DNA of 64,000 nt, from assembly GCA_902496845.1 (NCBI GenBank), contig CABVCJ010000001.1, forward strand, positions 12,129 through 76,128. Direction: 5' to 3'. The notes below the pieces were generated by a model, which made no database searches, was not told the origin of the DNA, and saw only the letters and a list, made by a program, of their open reading frames with translations. Within the stretch, counting starts at the first letter, position 1. Each line of letters begins with the position of its first letter. Origin of the DNA: an uncultured Collinsella sp. (GTDB lineage: Bacteria; Actinomycetota; Coriobacteriia; Coriobacteriales; Coriobacteriaceae). Shown here in pieces: positions 1-8,453 of the stretch. Both the position numbers and the translations under genes were made by a program.

Positions 1-1
1 C

Positions 2-334
2 ATCTATAATCTGGCAAGCAACGCCATCCGCTACAATCGACCCGGCGGTACGGTTACGCTGCAGTGCGGCACCAACGACGAAGGCCATCCGTTCCTTGCG
101 GTCGCCGACACGGGAATCGGTATCGCGCCTGAAGAGCAGGGCAAGGTATTTGAGCGGTTCTATCGCGTGGACAAGAGTAGGTCCAAGGCACGCGGCGGAA
201 CCGGTCTGGGGCTTGCCATTGTCAAGCATGCGGCCCTGTATCATCACGCCACGCTCGATCTGTCGAGCGAGTTGGGCGTGGGAACCACCATTACGGTGAC
301 GTTTCCCATACAGCAGGACGAGCCATTCGCATAG
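2..334 (+). CDS. Sensor histidine kinase, C-terminal HATPase domain (5'-truncated by window edge)
   Basis: Manual translation: IYNLASNAIRYN (N box), VADTGIGI (G1), FERFYRVDKSRS (F box), GGTGLGLAIVKH (G2), stop TAG at 332-334. Confidence 0.93.
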   Translation: MYNLASNAIRYNRPGGTVTLQCGTNDEGHPFLAVADTGIGIAPEEQGKVFERFYRVDKSRSKARGGTGLGLAIVKHAALYHHATLDLSSELGVGTTITVTFPIQQDEPFA

Positions 335-359
335 CGATACAACATAGATATTGATGTAG

Positions 360-392
360 ACGCCGCATTTGACTTTCGGGTGCGGCGTTGTT
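360..392 (+). terminator. Probable intrinsic terminator after the kinase
   Basis: ACGCCGCA...TGCGGCGT stem followed by TGTTG; weak U-tract. Confidence 0.5.
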
Positions 393-529
393 GTGCAATT
401 TTACGATTGCTTCCGACATTTTTACAGGAGAGCCTGTTTCTTATGTATAGAGTTTGGTCTCGGTAAAAAGATGCGATAACATACGGACAGTTTTGTCAAT
501 CCGAACTGGGGAAATGAAAGGCAAGCTGC

Positions 530-1186
530 ATGACCCTTCTCGAACTGTTCCAGCTGCTGAAGAAGCACCTTCAGCTGGTCATCGCCCTTCCGGTGGTCTG
601 CGCGATCGCCATGGGCATCGTGTCCTTCGTTGCGATGGACAACACCTACACCGCGACGACGAGCATGTACATTCTCGCTAAGACCGACGATAGCGGTCAG
701 ATGAGCTACAACGATCTCTCGGCGAGCCAGATGCTTTCCAACGATATCGCCACGCTGCTGGATAGCGATAGCGTTAAGAGCGGTGCTGCCAATGAGTTGG
801 GCCTTGCTGACCTGGATGACTACAAGGTGTCTGTTTCCTCCGAGACCACCACGCGTGTCATTACGCTTTCGGTTACCGGCACCGATGCCAAGGAGACGGC
901 TAAGGTCGCAAAGGCCATGGCCAGCTCGGTGAGTACGGTCGCTCAGAACGTCGGCGCTGCCCAGAGCATCAACGTTATCGACGAGGCTAAGACTCCCGAA
1001 GTCCCCAGCGGCCCCAAGCGCACGCTGTACGTTGCTGTCGCGTTCCTCGCCGGTATCTTTATCGCAGTTGCCTATGTCGTTTTGGCAGACATGCTCAATA
1101 CCCGCATCCGCGGTGCCGAAGAGGCGGAAGAGCTCCTGGGCATTCCCGTTGTTGGCCGAATTCCGGCTATGAAAGGTGGTAAATAG
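530..1186 (+). CDS. cpsC: Wzz/CpsC (YveK) family polysaccharide co-polymerase / BY-kinase modulator
   Basis: N-terminal MTLLELFQLLKK plus TM, YTATTSMYI motif, C-terminal P-x-x-P-x-x-P (TPEVPSGP) plus TM and EELLGIPVVGRIP. Confidence 0.9.
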   Translation: MTLLELFQLLKKHLQLVIALPVVCAIAMGIVSFVAMDNTYTATTSMYILAKTDDSGQMSYNDLSASQMLSNDIATLLDSDSVKSGAANELGLADLDDYKVSVSSETTTRVITLSVTGTDAKETAKVAKAMASSVSTVAQNVGAAQSINVIDEAKTPEVPSGPKRTLYVAVAFLAGIFIAVAYVVLADMLNTRIRGAEEAEELLGIPVVGRIPAMKGGK

Positions 1187-1188
1187 GC

Positions 1189-1926
1189 ATGGCTAAGGCA
1201 AAGAACACCGATAAGCTCGTTGTACAGAATGCCGCCAAGACCCTTCTGGCCAACATCCGCTTTGCGAGCGTGGACGACCCCATTCGCACCATTACCGTCA
1301 CGTCCTCGATTCCCAACGAGGGCAAGTCTACGGTTTCCATCAACCTTGCCCAGGCTATCGCCACCAGCGGCAAGAGCGTCCTGCTGGTCGAGGCTGATAT
1401 GCGTCGCAGATCCCTTGCCGATATGCTCGGCGTCCGCTCCCGCGGCGGACTCTATGCAGTCCTTTCCGAGCAGGTTTCTATTGACCAGGCGATTGTCGAG
1501 ACGGGTCAGAAGAACTTCTACTTCCTCGATGCCGAGCCGCATATTCCCAATCCTGCCGACATCATCGTCTCTCACCGCTTTGCCAAGCTGGTAAAGGCAC
1601 TGTCCGCCAAGTTCCAGTACGTCATCTTTGATGCTCCCCCGGTCGGCACCTTCATCGATGCTGCCGAGATCGCAAGTCTGACCGACGGTGCGCTTTTTGT
1701 CGTGCGTGAGGATTTCACCAAGCGCGAGGAGGCGCTCAACGCCATCGGTCAGCTTAAGAAGTCCGAGAAGGTCAAGCTCATCGGTACCGTTATGAACTAC
1801 TGCGAGACCGAGACCAGCGAGTACTACTACTCCTACTACACCAAGGACGGTAAGAAGGTGAAGAAGGGCTCCGACGATCAGGGGACTTCCAAAAAGGGCA
1901 TCTTCACCAACCGAGCAAACGTTTAG
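1189..1926 (+). CDS. cpsD: CpsD/CapB family bacterial tyrosine (BY) kinase
   Basis: Walker A SSIPNEGKST, Walker A' LLVEADMRR, Walker B VIFDAPP, C-terminal Tyr cluster YYYSYY. Confidence 0.93.
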   Translation: MAKAKNTDKLVVQNAAKTLLANIRFASVDDPIRTITVTSSIPNEGKSTVSINLAQAIATSGKSVLLVEADMRRRSLADMLGVRSRGGLYAVLSEQVSIDQAIVETGQKNFYFLDAEPHIPNPADIIVSHRFAKLVKALSAKFQYVIFDAPPVGTFIDAAEIASLTDGALFVVREDFTKREEALNAIGQLKKSEKVKLIGTVMNYCETETSEYYYSYYTKDGKKVKKGSDDQGTSKKGIFTNRANV

Positions 1927-1943
1927 TTGATTAAGGCTGACCT

Positions 1944-2594
1944 ATGCGTGACATTCATTGCCATATCTTGCCGGGTGTAGACGACGGCGCCGCCGATCTC
2001 GATGAGAGCTTGGCGATGCTCGAGGCTGCCAAGCAGGCCGGTGTAACCAGAATCGTTTGCACCCCGCACTGTCGTGATCCCTATTTTGATTACGACAAGA
2101 TGTGGGATGCCTTTGAGCTGCTGCGCGATAACGCTGACGGTTTTCCGCTCCAGATGGGCTTCGAGGTCAACCATCGAAAGCTCGTTGAGCTTGGTATCGA
2201 TGCCGCGGAGCACTTGCATTTCGATGGAACCAATGAGTTCCTGCTTGAGCTTTCGACGCATGCCGATGCGTATGCGTTTAGAGAGTACGAGAACACGATT
2301 TACGATTTGCAGTGCCGTGGCTACCAGGTGATCATCGCTCATCCTGAGCGCTATCGTGCGGTTCAAAAGGATGTAAGCGTGGCGGAGCGCCTGGTCGATA
2401 TGGGCTGCAAGCTGCAGGCTTCGGCGGACTTTATTGCCGGCGGTCGATTTGGTCGCGAGAAAAAGCCGGCACAGCGCCTGTTCGATCAGAACCTGTACAG
2501 CTTCATCGCGAGCGATGCCCATAACGTGGGTCATTACGACTGCCTGGCGAAGGCTCGCGCGAAGTTTAGCGTGCGCGGAGCTCATTTTCGCTAA
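1944..2594 (+). CDS. cpsB: CpsB/CapC PHP-family phosphotyrosine phosphatase
   Basis: DIHCHILPGVDDGA, TPH, AHPERY, ASDAH motifs. Confidence 0.93.
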   Translation: MRDIHCHILPGVDDGAADLDESLAMLEAAKQAGVTRIVCTPHCRDPYFDYDKMWDAFELLRDNADGFPLQMGFEVNHRKLVELGIDAAEHLHFDGTNEFLLELSTHADAYAFREYENTIYDLQCRGYQVIIAHPERYRAVQKDVSVAERLVDMGCKLQASADFIAGGRFGREKKPAQRLFDQNLYSFIASDAHNVGHYDCLAKARAKFSVRGAHFR

Positions 2595-2633
2595 TATCTG
2601 TCCCTAACGTTCGCATTGAATGAAAGGGCAGCC

Positions 2634-3134
2634 ATGGATATCCAACTTAAGACGGGATGCTTTGATGACGCGGCGTTGGTGCGCCGCGTCGTTTTTATAG
2701 ACGAGCAGGGATACGAGAATGAGTTCGACGCTATCGACGAGGATCCAAACTGCATTCATGTGACGCTCTATGTAGACGGCGAGCTTGCCGGTTGCTCGCG
2801 CGTGTTTCCCGAAGAGCTTGAGCGCGTGGCTGACGCAGAGGCCCCGGTGTTGCCGGCATGCGACATGGACGAAGGCGTTGCGGCGGGGGAGACCTACATT
2901 ATGGGGCGCGTCGCCGTGCTGCCGGCTATGCGTCGTCGCGGACTGGCGAGTGCGATCGTCGAGGCCAGTGCTTCGTGTGCACGCGATGCCGGCGCTAAGC
3001 TTATTAAGCTGCATGCGCAGGAATACGTGTTGCCGCTCTATGCAAAGGCGGGCTACACGCAAATTGCCCCGGTAGATTACGAAGACGAGGGCCAGCCCCA
3101 TGTCTGGATGGCCAAGCGCGTAGATGGCAGATAG
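2634..3134 (+). CDS. GNAT N-acetyltransferase (ElaA/YjcF-like)
   Basis: VRRVVFIDEQG, GRVAVLPAMRRRGLAS acetyl-CoA motif, LHAQ, YAKAGY, EDEGQPHVWM; start chosen after RBS AAAGGG. Confidence 0.88.
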   Translation: MDIQLKTGCFDDAALVRRVVFIDEQGYENEFDAIDEDPNCIHVTLYVDGELAGCSRVFPEELERVADAEAPVLPACDMDEGVAAGETYIMGRVAVLPAMRRRGLASAIVEASASCARDAGAKLIKLHAQEYVLPLYAKAGYTQIAPVDYEDEGQPHVWMAKRVDGR

Positions 3135-3336
3135 GGACGTTCCTTTTCTGCCGGCAGTTGGGGACGCTCCTTGGCAATTGGCGCATCGGAGCGCTTAGAC
3201 ATACAGTTTTTCGATTCCGTATGTATATATGCGCGCTAATGGGTTATAAAATCTAAGTCTGAACATAGCAGGTCTGCGATTCGGCTCGGGCGACCGGGCC
3301 GTTTTTGCGGACGGGGGTAGCGCGAAAGGACTGCAC

Positions 3337-5361
3337 ATGCGTCAATTTAAGACCGAGAGCAAAAAACTGCTCGACCTCATGATCAACTCCATCTACACCA
3401 ATAAGGAAATCTTCCTGCGCGAGCTTATCTCTAACGCGAGCGACGCCGTCGACAAGCTCAACTTTAAGAGCCTGCAGGACCCGAGTGTCAAGCTCGACCA
3501 GGGCGACCTGGCTATTCGCGTCTCCTTTGATAAAGACGCCCGCACCATTACCATCTCGGATAACGGCATTGGCATGACCGCCGAGGAGCTCGAGCGCAAC
3601 CTGGGCACCATCGCCCATTCCGGCTCCGAGGAGTTTAAGACCGAGAACGCCGAGCAGCAGGGTTCGGATGTCGACATCATCGGCCAGTTTGGCGTGGGCT
3701 TCTACTCGGCTTTTATGGTCGCCAGCCACGTGAAGGTCGTGAGCCGCGCCTATGGCGAGGACACCGCTCACGTGTGGGAGTCTGATGGTCTTGAGGGTTA
3801 CACCATCGAAGATGGCGAGCGCGCCGAGCACGGTACCGATGTCATCCTGACGCTGCGCGAGAACGAGAAGCTCGATGCCGACGGCGAGGCCGAGACCTAC
3901 GATCGCTTCCTGACCGAGTGGGGCCTCAAGAGCCTGATTCAGCAGTACAGCAACTATGTGCGCTACCCGATTCAGATGATGGTGTCCAAGAGCCGCCAGA
4001 AACCCAAGCCCGAGGACGCCGGCGACGATTACAAGCCCGAGTATGAGGACTACCAGGAGCTCGAGACCATCAACTCCATGACGCCGATTTGGAAAAAGCG
4101 CAGCTCCGATGTTGAGCAGAAGGACTACGACGAGTTCTACAAGTCTACGTTCCACGACTTTGACGATCCTGCGCGCACCATCAGCTTCCATGCCGAGGGC
4201 ACGCTCGAGTACGACGCCCTGCTGTTTGTGCCGGGCCGCGCGCCGTTCGATCTGTACAGCAAGGACTACGAGAAGGGCCTGGCGCTCTACAGCTCAAACG
4301 TGCTGATTATGGAGAAGTGCGACGACCTGCTGCCCGACTACTACAACTTCGTGCGCGGTGTCGTGGACTCTGCCGACGTGACGCTCAATATTTCGCGTGA
4401 GACGCTGCAGCAGAACCGTCAGCTCAAGGCCATTGCCAAGCGTGTCGAGAAGAAGATCACCGCCGATCTCGAGGATATGCGTGACAACGACCGTGAGGCC
4501 TACGAGAAGTTCTTTGAGAACTTTGGCCGCGGTCTTAAGTACGGTATCTACTCGAGCTATGGCATGAAGGCCGATGAGCTCGCCGACCTGCTGCTGTTCT
4601 GGTCTGCCAAGGAACAGAAGATGATTACCCTGGCCGAGTATGCCAAGGGCATGCCCGAGGATCAGAAGGCCATCTACTACGCCGCCGGCGACTCGCGTGA
4701 GCGCCTGGCCAAGATGCCCGTGGTAAAGGGCGTGCTCGACCGCGGCTATGACGTGCTGCTGCTGACGCAGGATGTGGATGAGTTCACGTTCCAGGCTATG
4801 CGTGAGTACGTTGCTGCCGATATGCCCAAGATTTACGAGGACGATGCAGCTCGCGAGGCTGCCGAAAAGGCCGTGGCCGACGGTGCCGAGCCCGAGGTCG
4901 AGGATCGTCATCTGGAGCTCAAGAACGTTGCGACCGGTGATCTTGACCTGGCGACCGAGGACGAGAAGAAGGAGGCCGAGGACGCCACCAAGGAGAACGA
5001 GGACCTCTTTAGCGCTATGAAGGAGGCGCTCGGTGACAAGGTCGAGAAAGTTGCCGTCTCCGCGCGCCTGACCGATGCCCCCGCTTGCATCACCACCGAG
5101 GGCCCGCTTTCGCTCGAGATGGAGAAGGTGCTCCAGAAGGGACCCGAGGGCGCGCCCGACGGCATGCCCAAGAGCCAGCGCGTGCTCGAACTCAACGCCA
5201 AGCACCCGGTCTTTGACAAGCTGGTCGCTGCCCAGAAGGCAGGCGACGCCGACAAGATCAAGCAGTACTCCGGCTTGCTCTACGATCAGGCCCTGCTGGT
5301 CGAGGGCATCCTCCCCGAGGACCCCGTGGCCTTCGCGGCGGCTGTCTGCAACTTGATGTAG
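3337..5361 (+). CDS. htpG: Chaperone HtpG (Hsp90)
   Basis: YTNKEIFLRELISNASDA, IGQFGVGFYSAF, LNISRETLQ signatures. Confidence 0.97.
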   Translation: MRQFKTESKKLLDLMINSIYTNKEIFLRELISNASDAVDKLNFKSLQDPSVKLDQGDLAIRVSFDKDARTITISDNGIGMTAEELERNLGTIAHSGSEEFKTENAEQQGSDVDIIGQFGVGFYSAFMVASHVKVVSRAYGEDTAHVWESDGLEGYTIEDGERAEHGTDVILTLRENEKLDADGEAETYDRFLTEWGLKSLIQQYSNYVRYPIQMMVSKSRQKPKPEDAGDDYKPEYEDYQELETINSMTPIWKKRSSDVEQKDYDEFYKSTFHDFDDPARTISFHAEGTLEYDALLFVPGRAPFDLYSKDYEKGLALYSSNVLIMEKCDDLLPDYYNFVRGVVDSADVTLNISRETLQQNRQLKAIAKRVEKKITADLEDMRDNDREAYEKFFENFGRGLKYGIYSSYGMKADELADLLLFWSAKEQKMITLAEYAKGMPEDQKAIYYAAGDSRERLAKMPVVKGVLDRGYDVLLLTQDVDEFTFQAMREYVAADMPKIYEDDAAREAAEKAVADGAEPEVEDRHLELKNVATGDLDLATEDEKKEAEDATKENEDLFSAMKEALGDKVEKVAVSARLTDAPACITTEGPLSLEMEKVLQKGPEGAPDGMPKSQRVLELNAKHPVFDKLVAAQKAGDADKIKQYSGLLYDQALLVEGILPEDPVAFAAAVCNLM

Positions 5362-5391
5362 TTCGGGGATACGGCACCGTAGCTAGATTAG

Positions 5392-5461
5392 AACGAGAGT
5401 GGATAATCTCCCACTTTTGGCTCGAATGCGGGCTTGAAGTGGGAGATTTTCCACTCTCGTT
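5392..5461. repeat. 70-bp imperfect intergenic palindrome (REP-like)
   Basis: AACGAGAGTGGATAATCTCCCACTT / AAGTGGGAGATTTTCCACTCTCGTT inverted arms. Confidence 0.75.
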
Positions 5462-5470
5462 TCCTTTTGA

Positions 5471-5497
5471 ATGATCCCTTCGTCCCCAAGGGATCAT
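5471..5497. repeat. Short copy of the TGATCCC...CGTCCCCAAGGGATCA palindrome family
   Basis: ATGATCCCTTCGTCCCCAAGGGATCAT; matches the left half of the element at 13921-13984. Confidence 0.7.
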
Positions 5498-5672
5498 TTA
5501 TTTGTGCGGGTTGTGGTTTTGTGACCTGCTGAAATTTAAGATACTGTACATCTGTACGCTAACTCATCTTCGTAGTATATTGCTACCCGCAAAACTCAGC
5601 ACCATTGTGCTTTGAGACGTTAAAGCGCCTACTACAATGGTTGTCGATAGTACGATTCGATTCAACGACAGG

Positions 5673-8453
5673 ATGGATGGTCCAAGCGTGAGTCTCGGCA
5701 GCAAACTATCCAACGCAAAGGTCTCCTTTGCGATATTCAAGCGCGACATTAAGCGACTGCTTGTGAACCCCGTCGCCTTGGTGGTTACCCTTGGCGTGTG
5801 CGTTATTCCCTCGCTGTATGCCTGGTACAACATCGTGGCCAACTGGGATCCGTACGGAAACACCCAGGGCATCAAGATTGCCATCGCCAACAACGATCGG
5901 GGCACCCAAAACGACCTGGTGGGCGAGCTCAACGCGGGCGATCAGGTCGTCGATCAGCTCAAGGAGAACGATCAGCTGGGCTGGACCTTCGTCGATTCTG
6001 CGGCCGATGCCAAAGAGGGCGTCGAGAGCGGTGAGTACTATGCGGCCATCGTAGTCCCCAAGAACTTCTCGGATAACCTGGTTTCGATGCTCGACGGCAA
6101 CTACCATCAGCCCAAGCTTACGTACTACGTCAATGAGAAGAAGAGCGCTATTGCGCCCAAGGTTACCGACACCGGTGCAAACACCATCGAGGAGCAGATC
6201 AACTCGGAATTTGTCTCCACGGTGGGCGAGACCGTTGCCAGTATTGCCAAGGATGCCGGAGTCGATTTAAAGGACAAGGCAACCCAGACTCAGGATTCGT
6301 TGGCCGGTTCGGTATCAGAGGCTTCCGATACGTTGGGCGAAGTGCGTGATTCGATTGGCGACATGAATGCCGCCATCGATAAGACGAGTGGTTCCATTGC
6401 CTCGGCAGATGCGGCACTTGCCGGTCTGCAGGGTCAGGCGCCGTCGCTGACGCAGGCGATCTCCCAGGGCAATGACCTGCTGGGCGAGGCTCGCGCCACG
6501 GCGGGCAACTCTGTCGCCTCGCTCTCCAAGGCGCTCTCGGAAGGCAGCCTTGCGCTCACCAAGACGTCAGCCTCCGCAAACGCTGCGATTGGCAAGCTGA
6601 CGGGCACGGTCGCATCTACGACTACCCGTATCGACAACTCGCTTGAGTCTCTCCAAGCGACGATCGACCACAATGAGGCCGTTATCGGGCACTTGGAAAT
6701 TCTCGTCAATGACACGTCGACAGGTTCCAAGGAAATTGACGCGCGCATTGTATCGATCATCGATTTGCTCCGCGAGCAGAATGAAAAGCTTCAGAGCATC
6801 AAGGACGGTCTGTCTGCGCAGTCGAGCGCCATGGCGAATGACGCCGCGGCTGTCTCGGGTGCCAGCGACGCTATCAATAACGCAATTCAGACCGGTGCGA
6901 CCAACCTTGGCCAGGCCCAGACGGACCTGGGTCAAAACGCGCTGCCGAAGGTCTCGAGCGCACTTGATTCGTTTGCCGCCGTCTCGGGTGATCTGACGGG
7001 AATCGTGTCTGGCCTCACGCCTACTATTGCAAGTGCGCGCGGTACACTTTCGCAACTCAACGCCACGCTCGGTCAGGCCAAGACCACGCTGTCCCAGACC
7101 GATGCCTCGCTTGCCAAGGTCCAGGACAAGCTCGCAACCGCCGCCAACGACATCGCGGCGCTACAGACCTCCGAGTCCATGGGCGAGCTGGCCGGCCTGA
7201 TGGGCGTCGACGTCGATGATGTTGCAGACTTCATGGCATCTCCGGTCGAGCTGACCTCAAAGTCAATTTACCCGGTCAAGAGCTTTGGTTCGGGCATTGC
7301 CCCGTTCTATACCAATCTGGCGCTGTGGGTGGGCGGCTACGTGCTTATCGCCATCTACAAGCTCGAGGTCGACCGCGAAGGCATCGGCAGCTTTACCGCG
7401 CGTCAGGGCTACTTTGGCCGCTGGTTGCTCCTGGTGATCCTGGGCGCGTTGCAGGCCATCATCGTTACGGTAGGTGATCTGGTGATCGGCGTACAGTGCG
7501 TCAGCCCGCTGCTGTTCGTGCTGGGCGGCATTGCCATCTCGTTCACCTACGTCAATATCATCTATGCGCTGTCCACCACGTTTAAGCACATCGGCAAGGC
7601 TATCGGCGTCATTCTGGTTATCGTGCAGATCCCGGGTTCGTCGGGCATGTACCCCATCGAGATGATGCCAGGCTTCTTCCAGTGGCTGCACCCGCTGCTG
7701 CCCTTTACCTACGGCATCAATCTGCTGCGCGAGACGGTCGGCGGCATGTATTCGTTCAACTACCTGTTTAACCTGTGCATTCTGGGCGTGTTCTTGATCG
7801 TGGCGCTCTTTATCGGTCTGCAGCTGCGTCCGCTGCTGCTCAACCTTAACCTGCTCTTTGATAAACAGCTTTCCACGACGGGTCTGATGATCTGCGAGTC
7901 TAATGACCTGCCGCGTCAGCGCTATTCGCTGCGCACGGCCATGCGTGTCATGCTCGATTCCGATTCGTACCGTCGCGAACTGCTCGATCATGCGGTCGCC
8001 TTTGAACATCGCTACCCGTACTACATCAAGGGCGGTTTTGCCGCCGTGGTGGGCGTTCAGGTCCTGCTCTTTGTCCTGTCGACGGTTCTCGATATCGACA
8101 ATAACGGCAAGATCATCCTGCTTGTCATTTGGATCATCTCGGTTATTGCCATCTGCGGCTGGCTTATCAATATCGAATATATCCGCGCGAGCCTCAATAC
8201 CCAGATGCGCATCTCGGCGCTTTCGGATGAGGACCTGCGTCGCGAGATGCGCGAGCACACGGCCGCCATTCCTGCCGCCCGCCACATGTTTGGCCTCAAC
8301 GCCAGCGAGCGTGGTGCCAAGGGCGGCGATCAGTCCACGGGCCGCTTGCCGCATATCGGCTCGCACCATAAATCTCAGGGCAGCGACAGCACAGCCACAA
8401 ATGATGGAGATACCACCGCGCTTGGCAAGCACTCCAAAGGAGGTGAGGCATAA
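5673..8453 (+). CDS. YhgE/Pip family membrane protein (copy 1); start uncertain (5637/5673/5688)
   Basis: IPSLYAWYNIVANWDPYGNT N-terminal Pip motif, long coiled coil, FGSGIAPFY and SSGMYPIE C-terminal Pip motifs, multiple TMs. Confidence 0.9.
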   Translation: MDGPSVSLGSKLSNAKVSFAIFKRDIKRLLVNPVALVVTLGVCVIPSLYAWYNIVANWDPYGNTQGIKIAIANNDRGTQNDLVGELNAGDQVVDQLKENDQLGWTFVDSAADAKEGVESGEYYAAIVVPKNFSDNLVSMLDGNYHQPKLTYYVNEKKSAIAPKVTDTGANTIEEQINSEFVSTVGETVASIAKDAGVDLKDKATQTQDSLAGSVSEASDTLGEVRDSIGDMNAAIDKTSGSIASADAALAGLQGQAPSLTQAISQGNDLLGEARATAGNSVASLSKALSEGSLALTKTSASANAAIGKLTGTVASTTTRIDNSLESLQATIDHNEAVIGHLEILVNDTSTGSKEIDARIVSIIDLLREQNEKLQSIKDGLSAQSSAMANDAAAVSGASDAINNAIQTGATNLGQAQTDLGQNALPKVSSALDSFAAVSGDLTGIVSGLTPTIASARGTLSQLNATLGQAKTTLSQTDASLAKVQDKLATAANDIAALQTSESMGELAGLMGVDVDDVADFMASPVELTSKSIYPVKSFGSGIAPFYTNLALWVGGYVLIAIYKLEVDREGIGSFTARQGYFGRWLLLVILGALQAIIVTVGDLVIGVQCVSPLLFVLGGIAISFTYVNIIYALSTTFKHIGKAIGVILVIVQIPGSSGMYPIEMMPGFFQWLHPLLPFTYGINLLRETVGGMYSFNYLFNLCILGVFLIVALFIGLQLRPLLLNLNLLFDKQLSTTGLMICESNDLPRQRYSLRTAMRVMLDSDSYRRELLDHAVAFEHRYPYYIKGGFAAVVGVQVLLFVLSTVLDIDNNGKIILLVIWIISVIAICGWLINIEYIRASLNTQMRISALSDEDLRREMREHTAAIPAARHMFGLNASERGAKGGDQSTGRLPHIGSHHKSQGSDSTATNDGDTTALGKHSKGGEA

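Noticed and set aside
4800..4920. Roughly 30-aa acidic insertion in the HtpG middle/C-terminal region
   Set aside because: Probably a lineage-specific surface loop; no intein or domain features.
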